Shown: positions 9,655 through 19,921 of the stretch, piece after piece
How the letters are laid out: each line of letters begins with the position of its first letter
Numbering within the stretch: the first letter of the stretch is position 1
Assembly (NCBI GenBank): GCA_034520965.1
Contig: JAXHMY010000001.1
Coordinates: 608,001 to 672,000, forward strand
DNA: 64,000 nucleotides
Source: Spirochaetia bacterium
GTDB lineage: Bacteria; Spirochaetota; Spirochaetia; DSM-16054; Sediminispirochaetaceae
Reading direction: 5' to 3'
The notes under the pieces: generated by a model
Told to the model about the DNA's origin: nothing
What the model saw: only the letters and a program-made list of their open reading frames with translations
Databases searched by the model: none
Made by a program: the position numbers and the translations under genes

Positions 9655-10317
9655 TTACAGATTGAGTTCAATATGCTCTCCTGTAGAATCATACACCACC
9701 CATTCACTGATATTGGTAGCATGATCACCAAACCGCTCCAACCAGCGGGAGACAAACAGCAGCGTGGTTGCCTGATTGATGGTTGAAACATCGGCCATCA
9801 TATAGGTAAGCAGCTCTCTCCACACCTGATTATGCAGCTCATCAATACGATCGTCCAGCTGGGCCACGCTTATTGCCTTATCTTTGTCACGATCTGAAAA
9901 GGCGGTCAGCACCTCATGAATCATCGTCATACCATACTCCGCCATCTTAGGCAGATCAATAAGGGACTTAATAAATTTCTCCTGCGCCATTCTCACCGCA
10001 GCTTTCGCGATATGAACGCTATGATCCCCCATCCTCTCAAGCTGACTAATTACCTTCAGGCTGGTGATAATATGCCGCAACTCCCCCGCTACGGGCTGTT
10101 CCGTTGCAATTAAGACGGTGAGTCTGTCTTGAATCTGCTGCTCGAACCGGTTGATTGCGTCATCCCCGGCAATTACTTGTTCGGCCAGGGCGATATCCTG
10201 ATTCACCAGGGCTGTCATAGCCTTTTCGACCGACTCTTCTACATAGGCACCCATTTTCAAAATCTCACGATCGATTTCTGCAATGGCTTCATGATAATGT
10301 TTTCGTATTTTCTTCAT
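9655..10317 (-). CDS. phoU: Phosphate transport regulator PhoU
   Basis: Two PhoU repeats (LERMGDH, LERFGDH). Confidence 0.95.
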   Translation of the reverse strand: MKKIRKHYHEAIAEIDREILKMGAYVEESVEKAMTALVNQDIALAEQVIAGDDAINRFEQQIQDRLTVLIATEQPVAGELRHIITSLKVISQLERMGDHSVHIAKAAVRMAQEKFIKSLIDLPKMAEYGMTMIHEVLTAFSDRDKDKAISVAQLDDRIDELHNQVWRELLTYMMADVSTINQATTLLFVSRWLERFGDHATNISEWVVYDSTGEHIELNL

Positions 10318-10388
10318 ATTTCTCTTCCTCTAAAACTTGTTTTTTCAGGCACTTTGGATAAACAAAAAAAAGATCAATCAAACCAATA

Positions 10389-11171
10389 TCAACCAAAACG
10401 GCCCGAGATATACGCTTCGGTTCTCTTATCCAAAGGGTTAAAAAAGATCTGATCGGTATTTCCCATCTCCACAAGAAAACCCGAACGCTCTTCATCCACC
10501 ATAAAAAAGGCGGTGTAATCGGAAATCCTTCCGGCTTGCTGCATATTATGGGTGACAATTGCAATTGTATAGGTCTGCTTCAATTCATCAATAAGATCTT
10601 CAATTTTGGCGGTGGAGATAGGGTCAAGGGCCGATGCCGGCTCATCCATTAAGAGAACCGAAGGTTGGACCGCAACAGCTCGGGCGATGCAGAGCCGCTG
10701 CTGCTGCCCCCCGGAAAGACTCAAGGCGTTCTGTTTTAGCTTGTCCTTTACCTCATCCCACAGAGCTGTTTTCTTCAAACTTGTCTCTACCAGTTCGTCC
10801 ATATTCCCATGGAAGCCGTTAATCCGGGCCCCCCAGGCGATATTTTCATAAATACTCTTGGGAAAGGGGTTGGGCTTCTGAAATACCATTCCAATTTTTC
10901 TTCGCACCTCTACGGGATCAACATTCTTATCATAGATGTTTTTCCCTTCAAAAAAGACCTCTCCCTTCGTTCCGGCCCCTTTGATCAGATCATTCATGCG
11001 GTTCATTGTTCTGATTACCGTGCTCTTCCCGCAGCCCGAAGGGCCGATTAAAGCGGTAACCTTGTTTTTCTCCAGTCCAAGGTTCACGTCCTTGGCTGCC
11101 AGGAAATCTCCATAATACTGATTAAGATTCTTAATAGTTATAATATATTCCGGTTCTTTTTGCATTTTCAT
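10389..11171 (-). CDS. pstB: Phosphate ABC transporter ATPase
   Basis: [31 protein letters not shown]. Confidence 0.97.
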   Translation of the reverse strand: MKMQKEPEYIITIKNLNQYYGDFLAAKDVNLGLEKNKVTALIGPSGCGKSTVIRTMNRMNDLIKGAGTKGEVFFEGKNIYDKNVDPVEVRRKIGMVFQKPNPFPKSIYENIAWGARINGFHGNMDELVETSLKKTALWDEVKDKLKQNALSLSGGQQQRLCIARAVAVQPSVLLMDEPASALDPISTAKIEDLIDELKQTYTIAIVTHNMQQAGRISDYTAFFMVDEERSGFLVEMGNTDQIFFNPLDKRTEAYISGRFG

Positions 11172-11173
11172 CT

Positions 11174-12385
11174 CTATCCTTTTCTCTTTTTACCGATTTT
11201 ATCTCTGGCAACAATCGCAAACGCGTTCATTGAAAGCAGTAAAACCAACAAAGCTATGATGGCGGCGGCTGCAATATTTCTGAACTCAGCCTGGGGACGG
11301 GCGGTCCACTGGTAAATCTGAATGGGCAGGGTGGTAAACTTGGAAAATACATTATTTGGATCAACAGATATAAAGGTAGAAGCACCCACCACTATCAGCG
11401 GAGCAGTCTCTCCGACGGCCCTGGATACAGAGAGAATAGTGCCTGTGAGAATTCTATCGAAGGAAGCCGGCAGCACATGGTGCAAAATAGTTTGCCACTT
11501 GGTGGCGCCCAGCCCATAGCTTGAATCACGCAGAGTTTGGGGCACCCCGCGAATAGCCTCCTGACTGTTAATAATGATGATAGGCAGAATTAATAAGCCT
11601 AGGGTTAGTCCCGCCGAGAGTATCGTTCTGCCGTTGGCGGTACCGGCCTCTGCAAAGCCAAAAAGTGCACCGCTGGTAAGCGGCTCCAGGAACCTCACGA
11701 AGACAGCAAGCCCAAGCAAGCCGTAAATAATTGAGGGGACCCCGGAGAGGTTGTAAATATTTACCTGAATTATCTTGGTAAGCAGGTTAGGATTTGCATA
11801 CTCTTCAAGATAGATCGCCGCCGCAACACCTACCGGAAAGGCGAACAGAAGAGTTATGAGTATCATCCAGAGGCTGCCAAAGAGAGCTGTTCTAATTCCT
11901 GCAAATTCGGGGACGGGAGACTGGGGGGTTGTGATAAAATCCGTATTGAGCCATGCCCGGAACTCAACAATCCCCTGGGGGGCATTCGTATCTCTCCAGG
12001 CCTTAATATCATCCTTTCCCAGCAGAGATTCCAAAAGACTCCAGCTTTTTAAAATTTCCGGAGAAACGACCCTCTCGTACACCAGCCGCAGGAGCTCTGT
12101 TTCAGTACGCTCACCCAGGGGTTCCTCGTAATTAAAACGCCTTATAAGGCCCTTGGAAAGGTGCTCCTCAAGGACGCCGATAAGCTGCTCCTTTTCCACC
12201 TCTTCCAAAGACTGCCCATGTGCGGCCAGTTTCTCCGGTTCAATACTGTTTTCTATCACTACGTAACCGAAGGCGGAATTTACAATATTCAGGATGAGCA
12301 GGATGAGAAAAGTTATGGCGACAAGCGTGGACAGATAAAAAGCAAACTTCCATGCGATACCCTTTCTGTAGCGCTTATTACTCAT
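11174..12385 (-). CDS. pstA: Phosphate ABC transporter permease PstA
   Basis: [20 protein letters not shown]; extended periplasmic N-terminal loop. Confidence 0.93.
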   Translation of the reverse strand: MSNKRYRKGIAWKFAFYLSTLVAITFLILLILNIVNSAFGYVVIENSIEPEKLAAHGQSLEEVEKEQLIGVLEEHLSKGLIRRFNYEEPLGERTETELLRLVYERVVSPEILKSWSLLESLLGKDDIKAWRDTNAPQGIVEFRAWLNTDFITTPQSPVPEFAGIRTALFGSLWMILITLLFAFPVGVAAAIYLEEYANPNLLTKIIQVNIYNLSGVPSIIYGLLGLAVFVRFLEPLTSGALFGFAEAGTANGRTILSAGLTLGLLILPIIIINSQEAIRGVPQTLRDSSYGLGATKWQTILHHVLPASFDRILTGTILSVSRAVGETAPLIVVGASTFISVDPNNVFSKFTTLPIQIYQWTARPQAEFRNIAAAAIIALLVLLLSMNAFAIVARDKIGKKRKG

Positions 12386-13290
12386 TCATACACCTCCTGA
12401 TACTTGTGTACAACTATTCTGCTGATAATATTGAGCACCAGGGTAAACAGAAACAGCAGAAGGCCGAGAGCAAAAATACTGTTGTAATCCATGGTATCGT
12501 AGCCGATATCCCCCCCGCTGATTCTCACAATATAACCGGTCATAGTTTCCGCGGCTTTAAATGGATTGAAGGTAAAGTTGGGACCTGCTCCGGCTGCAAG
12601 GGCTACGATCATGGTCTCTCCGATGGCCCGGGAAAGGCCTACGATAAAGGCCGCCGCAATTCCGGAGAAGGCCGCAGGCAGAACAATCTGGGTTGAAGTC
12701 TCCAGTTTGGTGGCACCCAGTCCAAAAGCACCTTCCCGAAGTGAGGCGGGAACCGCACCAAGGGCGTCTTCAACCATACTTGTGATCAATGGAAGAATAA
12801 GAATTCCCATAACAATGCCGGCGGAGGCGGTATTGTAAATTTCAACTGTATCCCTTCCAAAAAACACGCGCAGTAGGGGGGTCATAAAGGTAAGCGCAAA
12901 ATACCCGTAGACTACGGTGGGAATGCCGGCCAGTATTTCAAGTACAGGTTTCAGGATACTGCGGACCCGCTCCGATGCGTATTCACTTAGGTAGATAGCT
13001 ACCCCTATTCCAAGGGGAGTGGCTACCAGCATTGCAATTGTACTGGTGGTAATGGTTGCATTGAGCAGAGGAAGAACACCAAACTCATTGATCATGGGCT
13101 GCCATTTTTTTGAAAAGAAGAACTCCTTCAGGCTTACTTCCTGGCTCCCGAAAAAGAGGAATGATTCTTCGGCTAGAATACTCACAATTCCAATAGTTAT
13201 AAATATTGAAATCACTGCGCTTATAAAAAGCAGGCTGGAAACGGCAATTTCCACCGGTCGCTTTTTTTTCTGAAGTTCATTTCCTATCAT
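12382..13290 (-). CDS. pstC: Phosphate ABC transporter permease PstC
   Basis: LAGIPTVVYG, SRAIGETMIV. Confidence 0.95.
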   Translation of the reverse strand: MIGNELQKKKRPVEIAVSSLLFISAVISIFITIGIVSILAEESFLFFGSQEVSLKEFFFSKKWQPMINEFGVLPLLNATITTSTIAMLVATPLGIGVAIYLSEYASERVRSILKPVLEILAGIPTVVYGYFALTFMTPLLRVFFGRDTVEIYNTASAGIVMGILILPLITSMVEDALGAVPASLREGAFGLGATKLETSTQIVLPAAFSGIAAAFIVGLSRAIGETMIVALAAGAGPNFTFNPFKAAETMTGYIVRISGGDIGYDTMDYNSIFALGLLLFLFTLVLNIISRIVVHKYQEVYE

Positions 13291-13331
13291 TTCATTCTGT
13301 ATCCTTTAAGGTGTAATGCCTTCACAGCAGA

Positions 13332-13359
13332 GCAGGAAGCGACCAAAGGTCCTTCCTGC
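13332..13359 (-). other. Stem-loop between pstS and pstC (mRNA stabiliser or partial terminator)
   Basis: GCAGGAAG-c-GACC-aaa-GGTC-CTTCCTGC hairpin downstream of the pstS stop. Confidence 0.45.
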
Positions 13360-13412
13360 CGACTGCGTCATTTTTTAACTGTGAACTGCTGGCATCCACT
13401 GCGCTGTTTAGT

Positions 13413-14426
13413 TTAGTAGGTTCCTTCCATCGCATCGATCCAGTTCTGTTTAGCAGTCTCAAGTGCAGCTGGAGCTGCAGGGAAGTAGCCAACTCTGCCG
13501 ATATCTTCATTTACGTAAGTGAGGTAATAGGCAATAAAGGCGGCCACCTGGGGTTTGTTTTTCATGATATCCGCATCGGAGTACATAAAGATGGGCCGTG
13601 CCAGGGGATAGGTGTTGTTGTCCACATTCGCAGCATTGGCTTCGACTCCCTCGATGGAGAGGATGTTCAGTTTCTCTTGATTTTCTTCGTAGTAGGCGTA
13701 GCCGAAGAATGCAACTCCATAAGGGCTTCCCTCTACACCCTGTACAAGAATGTTGTCATCTTCACTGAGCTGAAGGTTGTCGGCGCCAAGAATCTCTTCG
13801 GGGTTTTTGTCATATACTTCCTCGACAAAGTAGTCAAAGGTACCACTGTCTGTTCCAGGGATGAATCGAAGAATATCGCGGTCGGGCCAGTCAGGATTCA
13901 CATCGGACCAGCGGCGGGCACCGGAGAAGATCATTGCAAGTTCATCGAGGGAGGCATTTTTTGCAAAGTCGTTCTCTTTGCTCACAACCACTGCCAGAGC
14001 ATCGGTTCCAACCCTAAACTCAATGGGAGTTCTTCCAATCTCTTTCGCAGCTGCTATCTCTTTCTCTTTGATGGGGCGGCTTGCATTGGAGATATCACTC
14101 TCTCCTTCAACACAGAACCGCTCAAAACCTGCACCGCTTCCGATACTGTCAATGGTGATATTGCCGCTGTACCCTTCATCCTGAAAACGGGCAGCCATTA
14201 CCTCGGAAAGGGGAAATACAGTTGAACTTCCCATAGCAATGATATCACCCTTTACTTCCAGCGGGTTCACTCCCGGCAAAATCGGGTCTTCGGATTCATC
14301 GAGAATCCAGGCATATCCGGTGTCGTCGGTTTTTTCCGCTGAATCGTCGGCAGATTCCTGGGAACCCCCGGTAAAACCAAAAATCGTAACATTAAGCATC
14401 AGTAAAACCATAAGTAACTTCTGCAT
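13413..14426 (-). CDS. pstS: Phosphate-binding protein PstS
   Basis: GSSTVFP, GSGAG, DSGTFDYF, YPLARP. Confidence 0.93.
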   Translation of the reverse strand: MQKLLMVLLMLNVTIFGFTGGSQESADDSAEKTDDTGYAWILDESEDPILPGVNPLEVKGDIIAMGSSTVFPLSEVMAARFQDEGYSGNITIDSIGSGAGFERFCVEGESDISNASRPIKEKEIAAAKEIGRTPIEFRVGTDALAVVVSKENDFAKNASLDELAMIFSGARRWSDVNPDWPDRDILRFIPGTDSGTFDYFVEEVYDKNPEEILGADNLQLSEDDNILVQGVEGSPYGVAFFGYAYYEENQEKLNILSIEGVEANAANVDNNTYPLARPIFMYSDADIMKNKPQVAAFIAYYLTYVNEDIGRVGYFPAAPAALETAKQNWIDAMEGTY

Positions 14427-14468
14427 CTTTTCCTCCTAAGGAAATTGTATTGTTACCGGTAATATGGA

Positions 14469-14514
14469 TGTTGAGCATGAGTTAAGGATTACGGCTATGT
14501 TAGGAAACTGTTAA
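14469..14514 (-). promoter_or_regulatory. Pho-box array upstream of pstS
   Basis: Minus strand: TTAACA-N5-CTAACA-N5-GTAATC and TTAACT-N5-TCAACA, TTAACA-like hexamers at an 11-bp period. Confidence 0.65.
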
Positions 14515-14558
14515 AACAGAAAAAATGCGCGGTTTTTGGGGCGGGATAAAACTGGTTC

Positions 14559-14587
14559 TTGCAAAAAAAAGAACAATAGTGTAGGCT
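14559..14587 (+). promoter_or_regulatory. Promoter of tRNA-Leu
   Basis: TTGCAA-N17-TAGGCT, 16 nt before the tRNA. Confidence 0.55.
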
Positions 14588-14603
14588 GATTCTCACAATT
14601 TAA

Positions 14604-14689
14604 GCCGGCGTGGCGAAATTGGTAGACGCAGCAGACTCAAAATCTGCCGGGCTTCGCGGCCCGTGTCGGTTCGAGTCCGACCGCCGGTA
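14604..14689 (+). tRNA. tRNA-Leu (CAA); CCA not encoded
   Basis: Acceptor GCCGGCG/CGCCGGT; D arm TGGCGAAATTGGTAGACGC; anticodon arm GCAGA-CTCAAAA-TCTGC; long variable arm; GTCGG-TTCGAGT-CCGAC. Confidence 0.97.
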
Positions 14690-14740
14690 AATTAACTTCT
14701 GATACGCTAAGTTTTTGGACGATCTAACATATAGAAAACT

Positions 14741-14830
14741 ATGAAACTCAAGGTAGACAAGTAAAACGACGCTCTTTATTTCCGTTTGGATGACAAAAGG
14801 GTAAAATATTCTGAAAAGTCTCACCTTTGA
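14741..14830 (+). pseudogene. Relic of a DUF2283-family (toxin-antitoxin-associated) gene
   Basis: Translates MKLKVDK*NDALYFRLDDKRVKYSEK, similar to the DUF2283 N-terminus; internal TAA and truncated. Confidence 0.6.
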
Positions 14831-14865
14831 GTTCAAAAGCTGATCGACCATATAGTGCTGATTAT

Positions 14866-15255
14866 TCACTCTACTGATTGGATGTCTGTTTCCGGGAAGT
14901 CGCTTCCCTTGTAGAGAAGCGGCTCTTCCTTCACAGTTGCGAGGGCGTACGAAAAACAATCCCCGTAGTTGAGACCTGCCGTATGCCGGCCTTTACCAAA
15001 GCGACGGTATGCATAGAGCGCAATTTCCGCCTGTTCCAAGTCCACCTGTTCTACCTGAATTTCCGCACGGCTCATAAAGAGTATGAGTTGATGCGTACCA
15101 GCACTTCCAAAACGAGATTCCAGCACGATTCCGGCCTCAACATAGGATGCAGCGGACATTCTCCGTATCGGAGCGTCCACAATAAAGCGAAGAAACGTGT
15201 CGCGTTCTGACTCGTTTTGTAGAACAGCAAGAACAGCTGAGGTGTCGATGACCAT
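14866..15255 (-). CDS. vapC: VapC PIN-domain toxin
   Basis: MVIDTSA...LNYGDCFSYALA...LLYKGSDF. Confidence 0.93.
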   Translation of the reverse strand: MVIDTSAVLAVLQNESERDTFLRFIVDAPIRRMSAASYVEAGIVLESRFGSAGTHQLILFMSRAEIQVEQVDLEQAEIALYAYRRFGKGRHTAGLNYGDCFSYALATVKEEPLLYKGSDFPETDIQSVE

Positions 15256-15515
15256 TACTCTGAGATTCCCCTCTCATCGTAGCCGATGATTTCTTCAGCA
15301 CTGCGTTCGTCGTGGACTGGAAGATCTGCGGTGAACTCTGCAATATCCTGCAGCTCACTAAACAGCGCGTTACGATTGCGCAGTTTACGTGTTTTTCTAC
15401 GCTCGACCGCATCCTGTAGGGCCGATGTAACAGCATCGGTAATCGATGTATCTGTGAGCTCGGCCAGTTCCCTTGCCAGCGCATGCGCTTGTTCATTTTT
15501 AATATTCAACGGCAC
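15255..15515 (-). CDS. vapB: VapB antitoxin (Rv0623-like)
   Basis: MPLNIKNEQAHALARELAELT...IIGYDERG; translationally coupled to vapC. Confidence 0.88.
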   Translation of the reverse strand: MPLNIKNEQAHALARELAELTDTSITDAVTSALQDAVERRKTRKLRNRNALFSELQDIAEFTADLPVHDERSAEEIIGYDERGISE

Positions 15516-15628
15516 TTTTTTCCTCCATTAAAGTATTTTTTCCTCCTTCTTTAATATAATAGAAAAAGTGATCCCTGTAAAGCCGTCATAACCGTGCGGC
15601 CAAAAACTTAACATTTGTTCAGTGGAAA

Positions 15629-16829
15629 CTACGCCTTCTCCAAAGCCGCTACAAATTCTTTCCCAAAATTGCGAGCTGTTTCCAGAATCTCCTCATCCGG
15701 CTCCCAGAGGGTCTTCAATCCGTCATTTACCAGTTTAAAACCCGAATCTTCAAGAGCCTTGTTGAGGATCGAGACCGACTCTCCGCTCCAGCCGTAGGGA
15801 CCAAAGGCGGCGGCCTGTTTCCCGCGAAATTTTAATCCCTTCGCCTCTTCAATGATAGCGGCTGTGGAGGTCAGGATACCTTTGTTGATGGTTGGCGAAC
15901 CCAACAGGATGGCCTTGGAGGCGAATATTTCAGTCATAATGTCGTTTTTGTCACGCTTAGCGCTGTTAAACAGCCGCACATCTACCTGCGGGATCGGCAT
16001 TGTGAATACCTTCGGCAATGGCCTCGGCCAAACGACGGGTACCGCCCCACATGGTATCATAAATGAGGGAGATACGGTTTTCCTGGTACTCATCGGCCCA
16101 CTCAAGATACTTTTCAACAATCTGGGTTGGGTTTTCTCTCCAGATTATCCCGTGACTAGTGGCGATCATATCCACCGGCACCTCGAGGGCAAGTACCTCT
16201 TTTATTTTTTTGGTCACCAGTGGACTGAAGGGTGTAAGAATATTGGCATAGTATTTAATTGCTTCCTGGAAGAGCTCTTCCTGGTCGACCTGATCGTTGA
16301 ACAGATGCTCCGAGGCGTAGTGCTGCCCGAAGGCGTCGTTACTGAACAGAATATTGTCGCCGGTCAGATAGGTGAACATACTGTCGGGCCAGTGCAGCAT
16401 GGGTGCCTCGATAAATACCAGCTGCTTTCCGTTGCCAATATCGAGGGTATCACCGGTTTTCACCGTCTTGAAGTTCCAATCCTGGTGGTAATGGCCGCGT
16501 AGCGATTTAACCCCGTTGGCGGTACAGTAGATTGGTACGTCCGGGATTCGCTGCATCAACTCCGGCAGCGCCCCGCTGTGGTCTACCTCCGCGTGGTTGG
16601 CAATAATATAGTCGATACGTGCCAAATCAATCTCCTGCTCGAGGTTTGCCACAAACTCCTTGGCAAAGGGCGCCCATACGGTATCTATTAAAACCGTCTT
16701 CTCCTCTTCGACAAGAAATGAGTTGTAGGAACTGCCCTTATGAGTTGAGTATTCATCCCCATGGAAGCTGGTAAGCTCCCAATCTTTTTTTCCTACCCAA
16801 TGTACCTGTGATTTTAAATTACGTTTCAT
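15629..16829 (-). CDS. fprA: Flavodiiron protein FprA (MBL + flavodoxin), split by a 1-bp frameshift near 15990
   Basis: [31 protein letters not shown] in 15966..16829; GSPTIN and [10 protein letters not shown] in 15629..16120; removing one C restores [12 protein letters not shown]. Confidence 0.9.
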
Positions 16830-16892
16830 GTCAAAACCTCCATCTCGGTTATTTATATCTAATTAAATACTACAACTTTTTCAATGCAAAGA

Positions 16893-16910
16893 CTGTAACA
16901 TAGGTTACGG
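16893..16910. promoter_or_regulatory. Crp/Fnr-type palindromic operator upstream of fprA
   Basis: CTGTAAC-ATAG-GTTACGG; centred about -41.5 relative to a minus-strand TAGTAT -10 at 16867-16872; near-copy at 27402. Confidence 0.6.
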
Positions 16911-16979
16911 AAGACCCCGTGTTTTTGCCTTATATTAGATTTTTTACTATATTTGAAAGGAGAGATAACGGAGGCGCAT

Positions 16980-18131
16980 ATGATAAAGTTAGGATTCTTG
17001 AAAGAGATGGCAGCTGGTGAAGCACGGGTGGCGTTGGTGCCTGACCATGTACCCAGCTTGAGCAGTGCCGGCCTCACTGTCCTGGTGGAAGAAGGCGCCG
17101 GAGAGGCATCGGGTTTTACCGACCAGGAGTATCAGAACAAAGGGGCTGAGGTACAGCCGCGGCAGGAGGTACTCTCTGCAGCTGAAATTTTACTGACGGT
17201 TCGAACCGCCGCAGCTGTCCCGGCTGAAGAGTGGAAGGCCTATTCAGGTTTGAAGGAAGGGGCGGTGATAATAGGATTTGCCGACCCCTATCAGGCTCAT
17301 CCCTCCTTTGCCGACCTCATCAAGAAGAAGGTCAGCCTGCTGGCAATGGAGCTTATGCCGCGGATCACCCGCGCCCAGAGTATGGACGCCCTCTCATCCA
17401 TGGCCAATCTGGGCGGCTACAAGGCGGTTCTATTGGCTGCCGACCATCTTCCGCGAATATTCCCGATGATGATGACCGCAGCCGGAACCATCCTTCCCTC
17501 ACAGGTATTTGTACTAGGGGTGGGAGTTGCCGGGCTTCAGGCTATTGCCACTGCTAAACGGCTCGGCGGAGTGGTCAGCGCCTATGATATCAGACCCGAG
17601 GTAAAGGAACAGGTACAAAGTCTGGGAGCCAAATTTTTGCAGGTTGAACTTGAAAGCGGTGAAATAGAAACCGAGGGGGGCTATGCAAAAGAAATGGACG
17701 AGGAGTTTTACCGGCGACAGCGGGAGATGATGAACAAGGTTGTGGCCGAGAGCGAGGTAATTATCACAACCGCCGCGGTTCCCGGAAAAACAGCACCGAC
17801 TTTGCTAACCGAGGAGATGGTACAACAGATGAAACCCGGTTCGGTCATTGTGGATCTGGCCGCCGAACGGGGTGGGAACTGCGAGCTCACAAAAGCAGGT
17901 GAAACGGTAAAGACACATGGTGTCACAATTATCGGCCCCACAGACATACCCTCACGCCTGGCCTTCAATGCCAGTCGACTCTATTCCAAGAACATCACCA
18001 GCTTTTTGCTGCATCTGCTGCAGGAGGGTGAAGTGGTATTAAATCGTGAAGACGAAATTACCGGAAAAACACTGGTTTTAGACCGGGGCGCACCGGCAAG
18101 TGATGAGTTTCGCGACCGTCTGGAACTCTAA
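16980..18131 (+). CDS. pntA: NAD(P) transhydrogenase subunit alpha part 1
   Basis: MPRITRAQSMDALSSM, GVGVAGLQA, GGYAKE, DLAAERGGNC. Confidence 0.95.
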   Translation: MIKLGFLKEMAAGEARVALVPDHVPSLSSAGLTVLVEEGAGEASGFTDQEYQNKGAEVQPRQEVLSAAEILLTVRTAAAVPAEEWKAYSGLKEGAVIIGFADPYQAHPSFADLIKKKVSLLAMELMPRITRAQSMDALSSMANLGGYKAVLLAADHLPRIFPMMMTAAGTILPSQVFVLGVGVAGLQAIATAKRLGGVVSAYDIRPEVKEQVQSLGAKFLQVELESGEIETEGGYAKEMDEEFYRRQREMMNKVVAESEVIITTAAVPGKTAPTLLTEEMVQQMKPGSVIVDLAAERGGNCELTKAGETVKTHGVTIIGPTDIPSRLAFNASRLYSKNITSFLLHLLQEGEVVLNREDEITGKTLVLDRGAPASDEFRDRLEL

Positions 18132-18168
18132 TCGTTCGGGACGAGGGGGAAAAAAAGGAGAAAGTGTT

Positions 18169-18462
18169 ATGGGAGATGCGACAGCATTTGTACAGATATT
18201 GACCATTTTTGTACTGGCAATTTTTGTTGGATTTGAGGTGATTACTAAGGTCCCGCCGATACTTCACACGCCGCTGATGTCCGGGTCCAATGCAATTTCC
18301 GGAATCACGGTAATCGGCGCTATCTTGGCGGTAGGTTCGGGAGAACATAATCTAACGGTGATACTGGGTTTAGTTGCCTTGGTAGCCGCCACTATCAACG
18401 TGGTGGGAGGTTTTCTGGTAACCCACAGAATGCTCAGAAAGTTCCAGCGGAAGGAGCAGTGA
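18169..18462 (+). CDS. pntA: NAD(P) transhydrogenase subunit alpha part 2
   Basis: LHTPLMSGSNAISG, GGFLVTHRML. Confidence 0.95.
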   Translation: MGDATAFVQILTIFVLAIFVGFEVITKVPPILHTPLMSGSNAISGITVIGAILAVGSGEHNLTVILGLVALVAATINVVGGFLVTHRMLRKFQRKEQ

Positions 18463-18463
18463 T

Positions 18464-19870
18464 ATGAACTCAGTAACTATGGTAAATTTAAGCTACCTGC
18501 TTGCTGCGGTCCTGTTTATCGCCGGGCTCAAGGGGCTCGGTCATCCCAAGACTGCGGTACGCGGAAACCTTCTGGGGGCAGTTGGAATGCTGTTGGCAAT
18601 TCTGACCACCCTCATCTCCGCCGAAATACTCTCTTTACCCTTAATTCTTGCGGGGCTGCTAATAGGCTCGATAATCGGGACAGTTCTGGCTTTGAGTATT
18701 AAGATGACGGCTATGCCGCAACTAGTAGGTCTTTTCAACGGTTTTGGCGGTCTCGCTTCAGCAATGGTTGCCGGGGCGGTGGTGTTTCAGACAAGTCTGA
18801 CTCTTACAGAACTTGCCGCAGGGAGTCCCGGCCTGCAGTTTCTGATTGCAACCGCCGCATCCGGGCTCATCGGTTCGGTGACCTTTATCGGAAGTTTAAT
18901 TGCCTTCGGTAAACTGCAGGGAATAGTGACGGAAAAACCGGTCCGTTATAAGGGAGAACAGGTGGTAAAATCCCTGGTCTTTCTCATCGGCCTAGCCCTG
19001 GCGGCCATGCTGATTCGGAATCCGGAACAGGTTGAACTGTACGGCTATCTGGCGGCAGCCGGCCTTCTGTTGGGGCTTTTGCTGGTCATGCCCATTGGGG
19101 GTGCGGATATGCCCATTGTAATCGCCCTGCTCAACTCATACTCGGGGATAGCCGCTGCGGCAACCGGATTTGTTTTGTCTAACAACATTCTCATTATCGC
19201 CGGCTCCCTGGTAGGAGCCTCCGGCATAATCCTTACCAATATTATGTGCAAGGCAATGAACCGCTCCCTGGCCAATGTCCTGTTCGGCGGAGTTGGAGCC
19301 GTACCGGAGGGCCCCGCAGAGGGGGATATCTATGCCGGAAAAATTAAACAAACCGCCGCCGAGGAGGTAGCGATGATCCTCAAAAGCGCCCAGCGGGTGG
19401 TCTTTGTCCCCGGTTACGGAATGGCGGTAGCCCGTGCGCAGACTCCGGTGCGCCAGCTGTCTGAATTGCTGGAGGCCGAAGGAAAAGAGGTGGAGTTCGG
19501 TATACACCCGGTGGCCGGACGAATGCCGGGACATATGAATGTACTGCTGGCCGAGGAGAATATATCCTACGAGAAACTCAGAGAAATGGACCAGATTAAC
19601 CCCAGTTTTCCCCAAACCGATGTAACCATCGTGATTGGGGCCAACGATGTGGTCAATCCCCGGGCCAGGGAGGCCTCCGACAGTCCTATTGCCGGGATGC
19701 CGATTCTGAACGTGGATCAGTCCAAAACAGTAATAATAATCAAACGCAGCTTAGGCCCCGGGTTTGCGGGTATTCCAAACCCGCTGTTTGCGGCAGACAA
19801 CACCCTTATGTATTTTGGTGACGGAAAGAAGGCGATGGAAGATCTGGTAAGCGCCTACAAAGAGGCATAA
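18464..19870 (+). CDS. pntB: NAD(P) transhydrogenase subunit beta
   Basis: MTAMPQLV, LLNSYSG, HPVAGRMPGHMNVLLAE, GANDVVNP. Confidence 0.97.
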   Translation: MNSVTMVNLSYLLAAVLFIAGLKGLGHPKTAVRGNLLGAVGMLLAILTTLISAEILSLPLILAGLLIGSIIGTVLALSIKMTAMPQLVGLFNGFGGLASAMVAGAVVFQTSLTLTELAAGSPGLQFLIATAASGLIGSVTFIGSLIAFGKLQGIVTEKPVRYKGEQVVKSLVFLIGLALAAMLIRNPEQVELYGYLAAAGLLLGLLLVMPIGGADMPIVIALLNSYSGIAAAATGFVLSNNILIIAGSLVGASGIILTNIMCKAMNRSLANVLFGGVGAVPEGPAEGDIYAGKIKQTAAEEVAMILKSAQRVVFVPGYGMAVARAQTPVRQLSELLEAEGKEVEFGIHPVAGRMPGHMNVLLAEENISYEKLREMDQINPSFPQTDVTIVIGANDVVNPRAREASDSPIAGMPILNVDQSKTVIIIKRSLGPGFAGIPNPLFAADNTLMYFGDGKKAMEDLVSAYKEA

Positions 19871-19877
19871 CGACTTG

Positions 19878-19907
19878 GGTGCCGCCGGGATTAAGAACGG
19901 CGGCACC
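19878..19907. terminator. Hairpin terminator between convergent pntB and kinase genes
   Basis: GGTGCCGCCG-N10-CGGCGGCACC. Confidence 0.65.
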
Positions 19908-19921
19908 TTAACTGCGGCATC

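Noticed and set aside
14670..16000. Integrated element with attL/attR at tRNA-Leu
   Set aside because: No repeat of the tRNA 3' end and no integrase seen downstream
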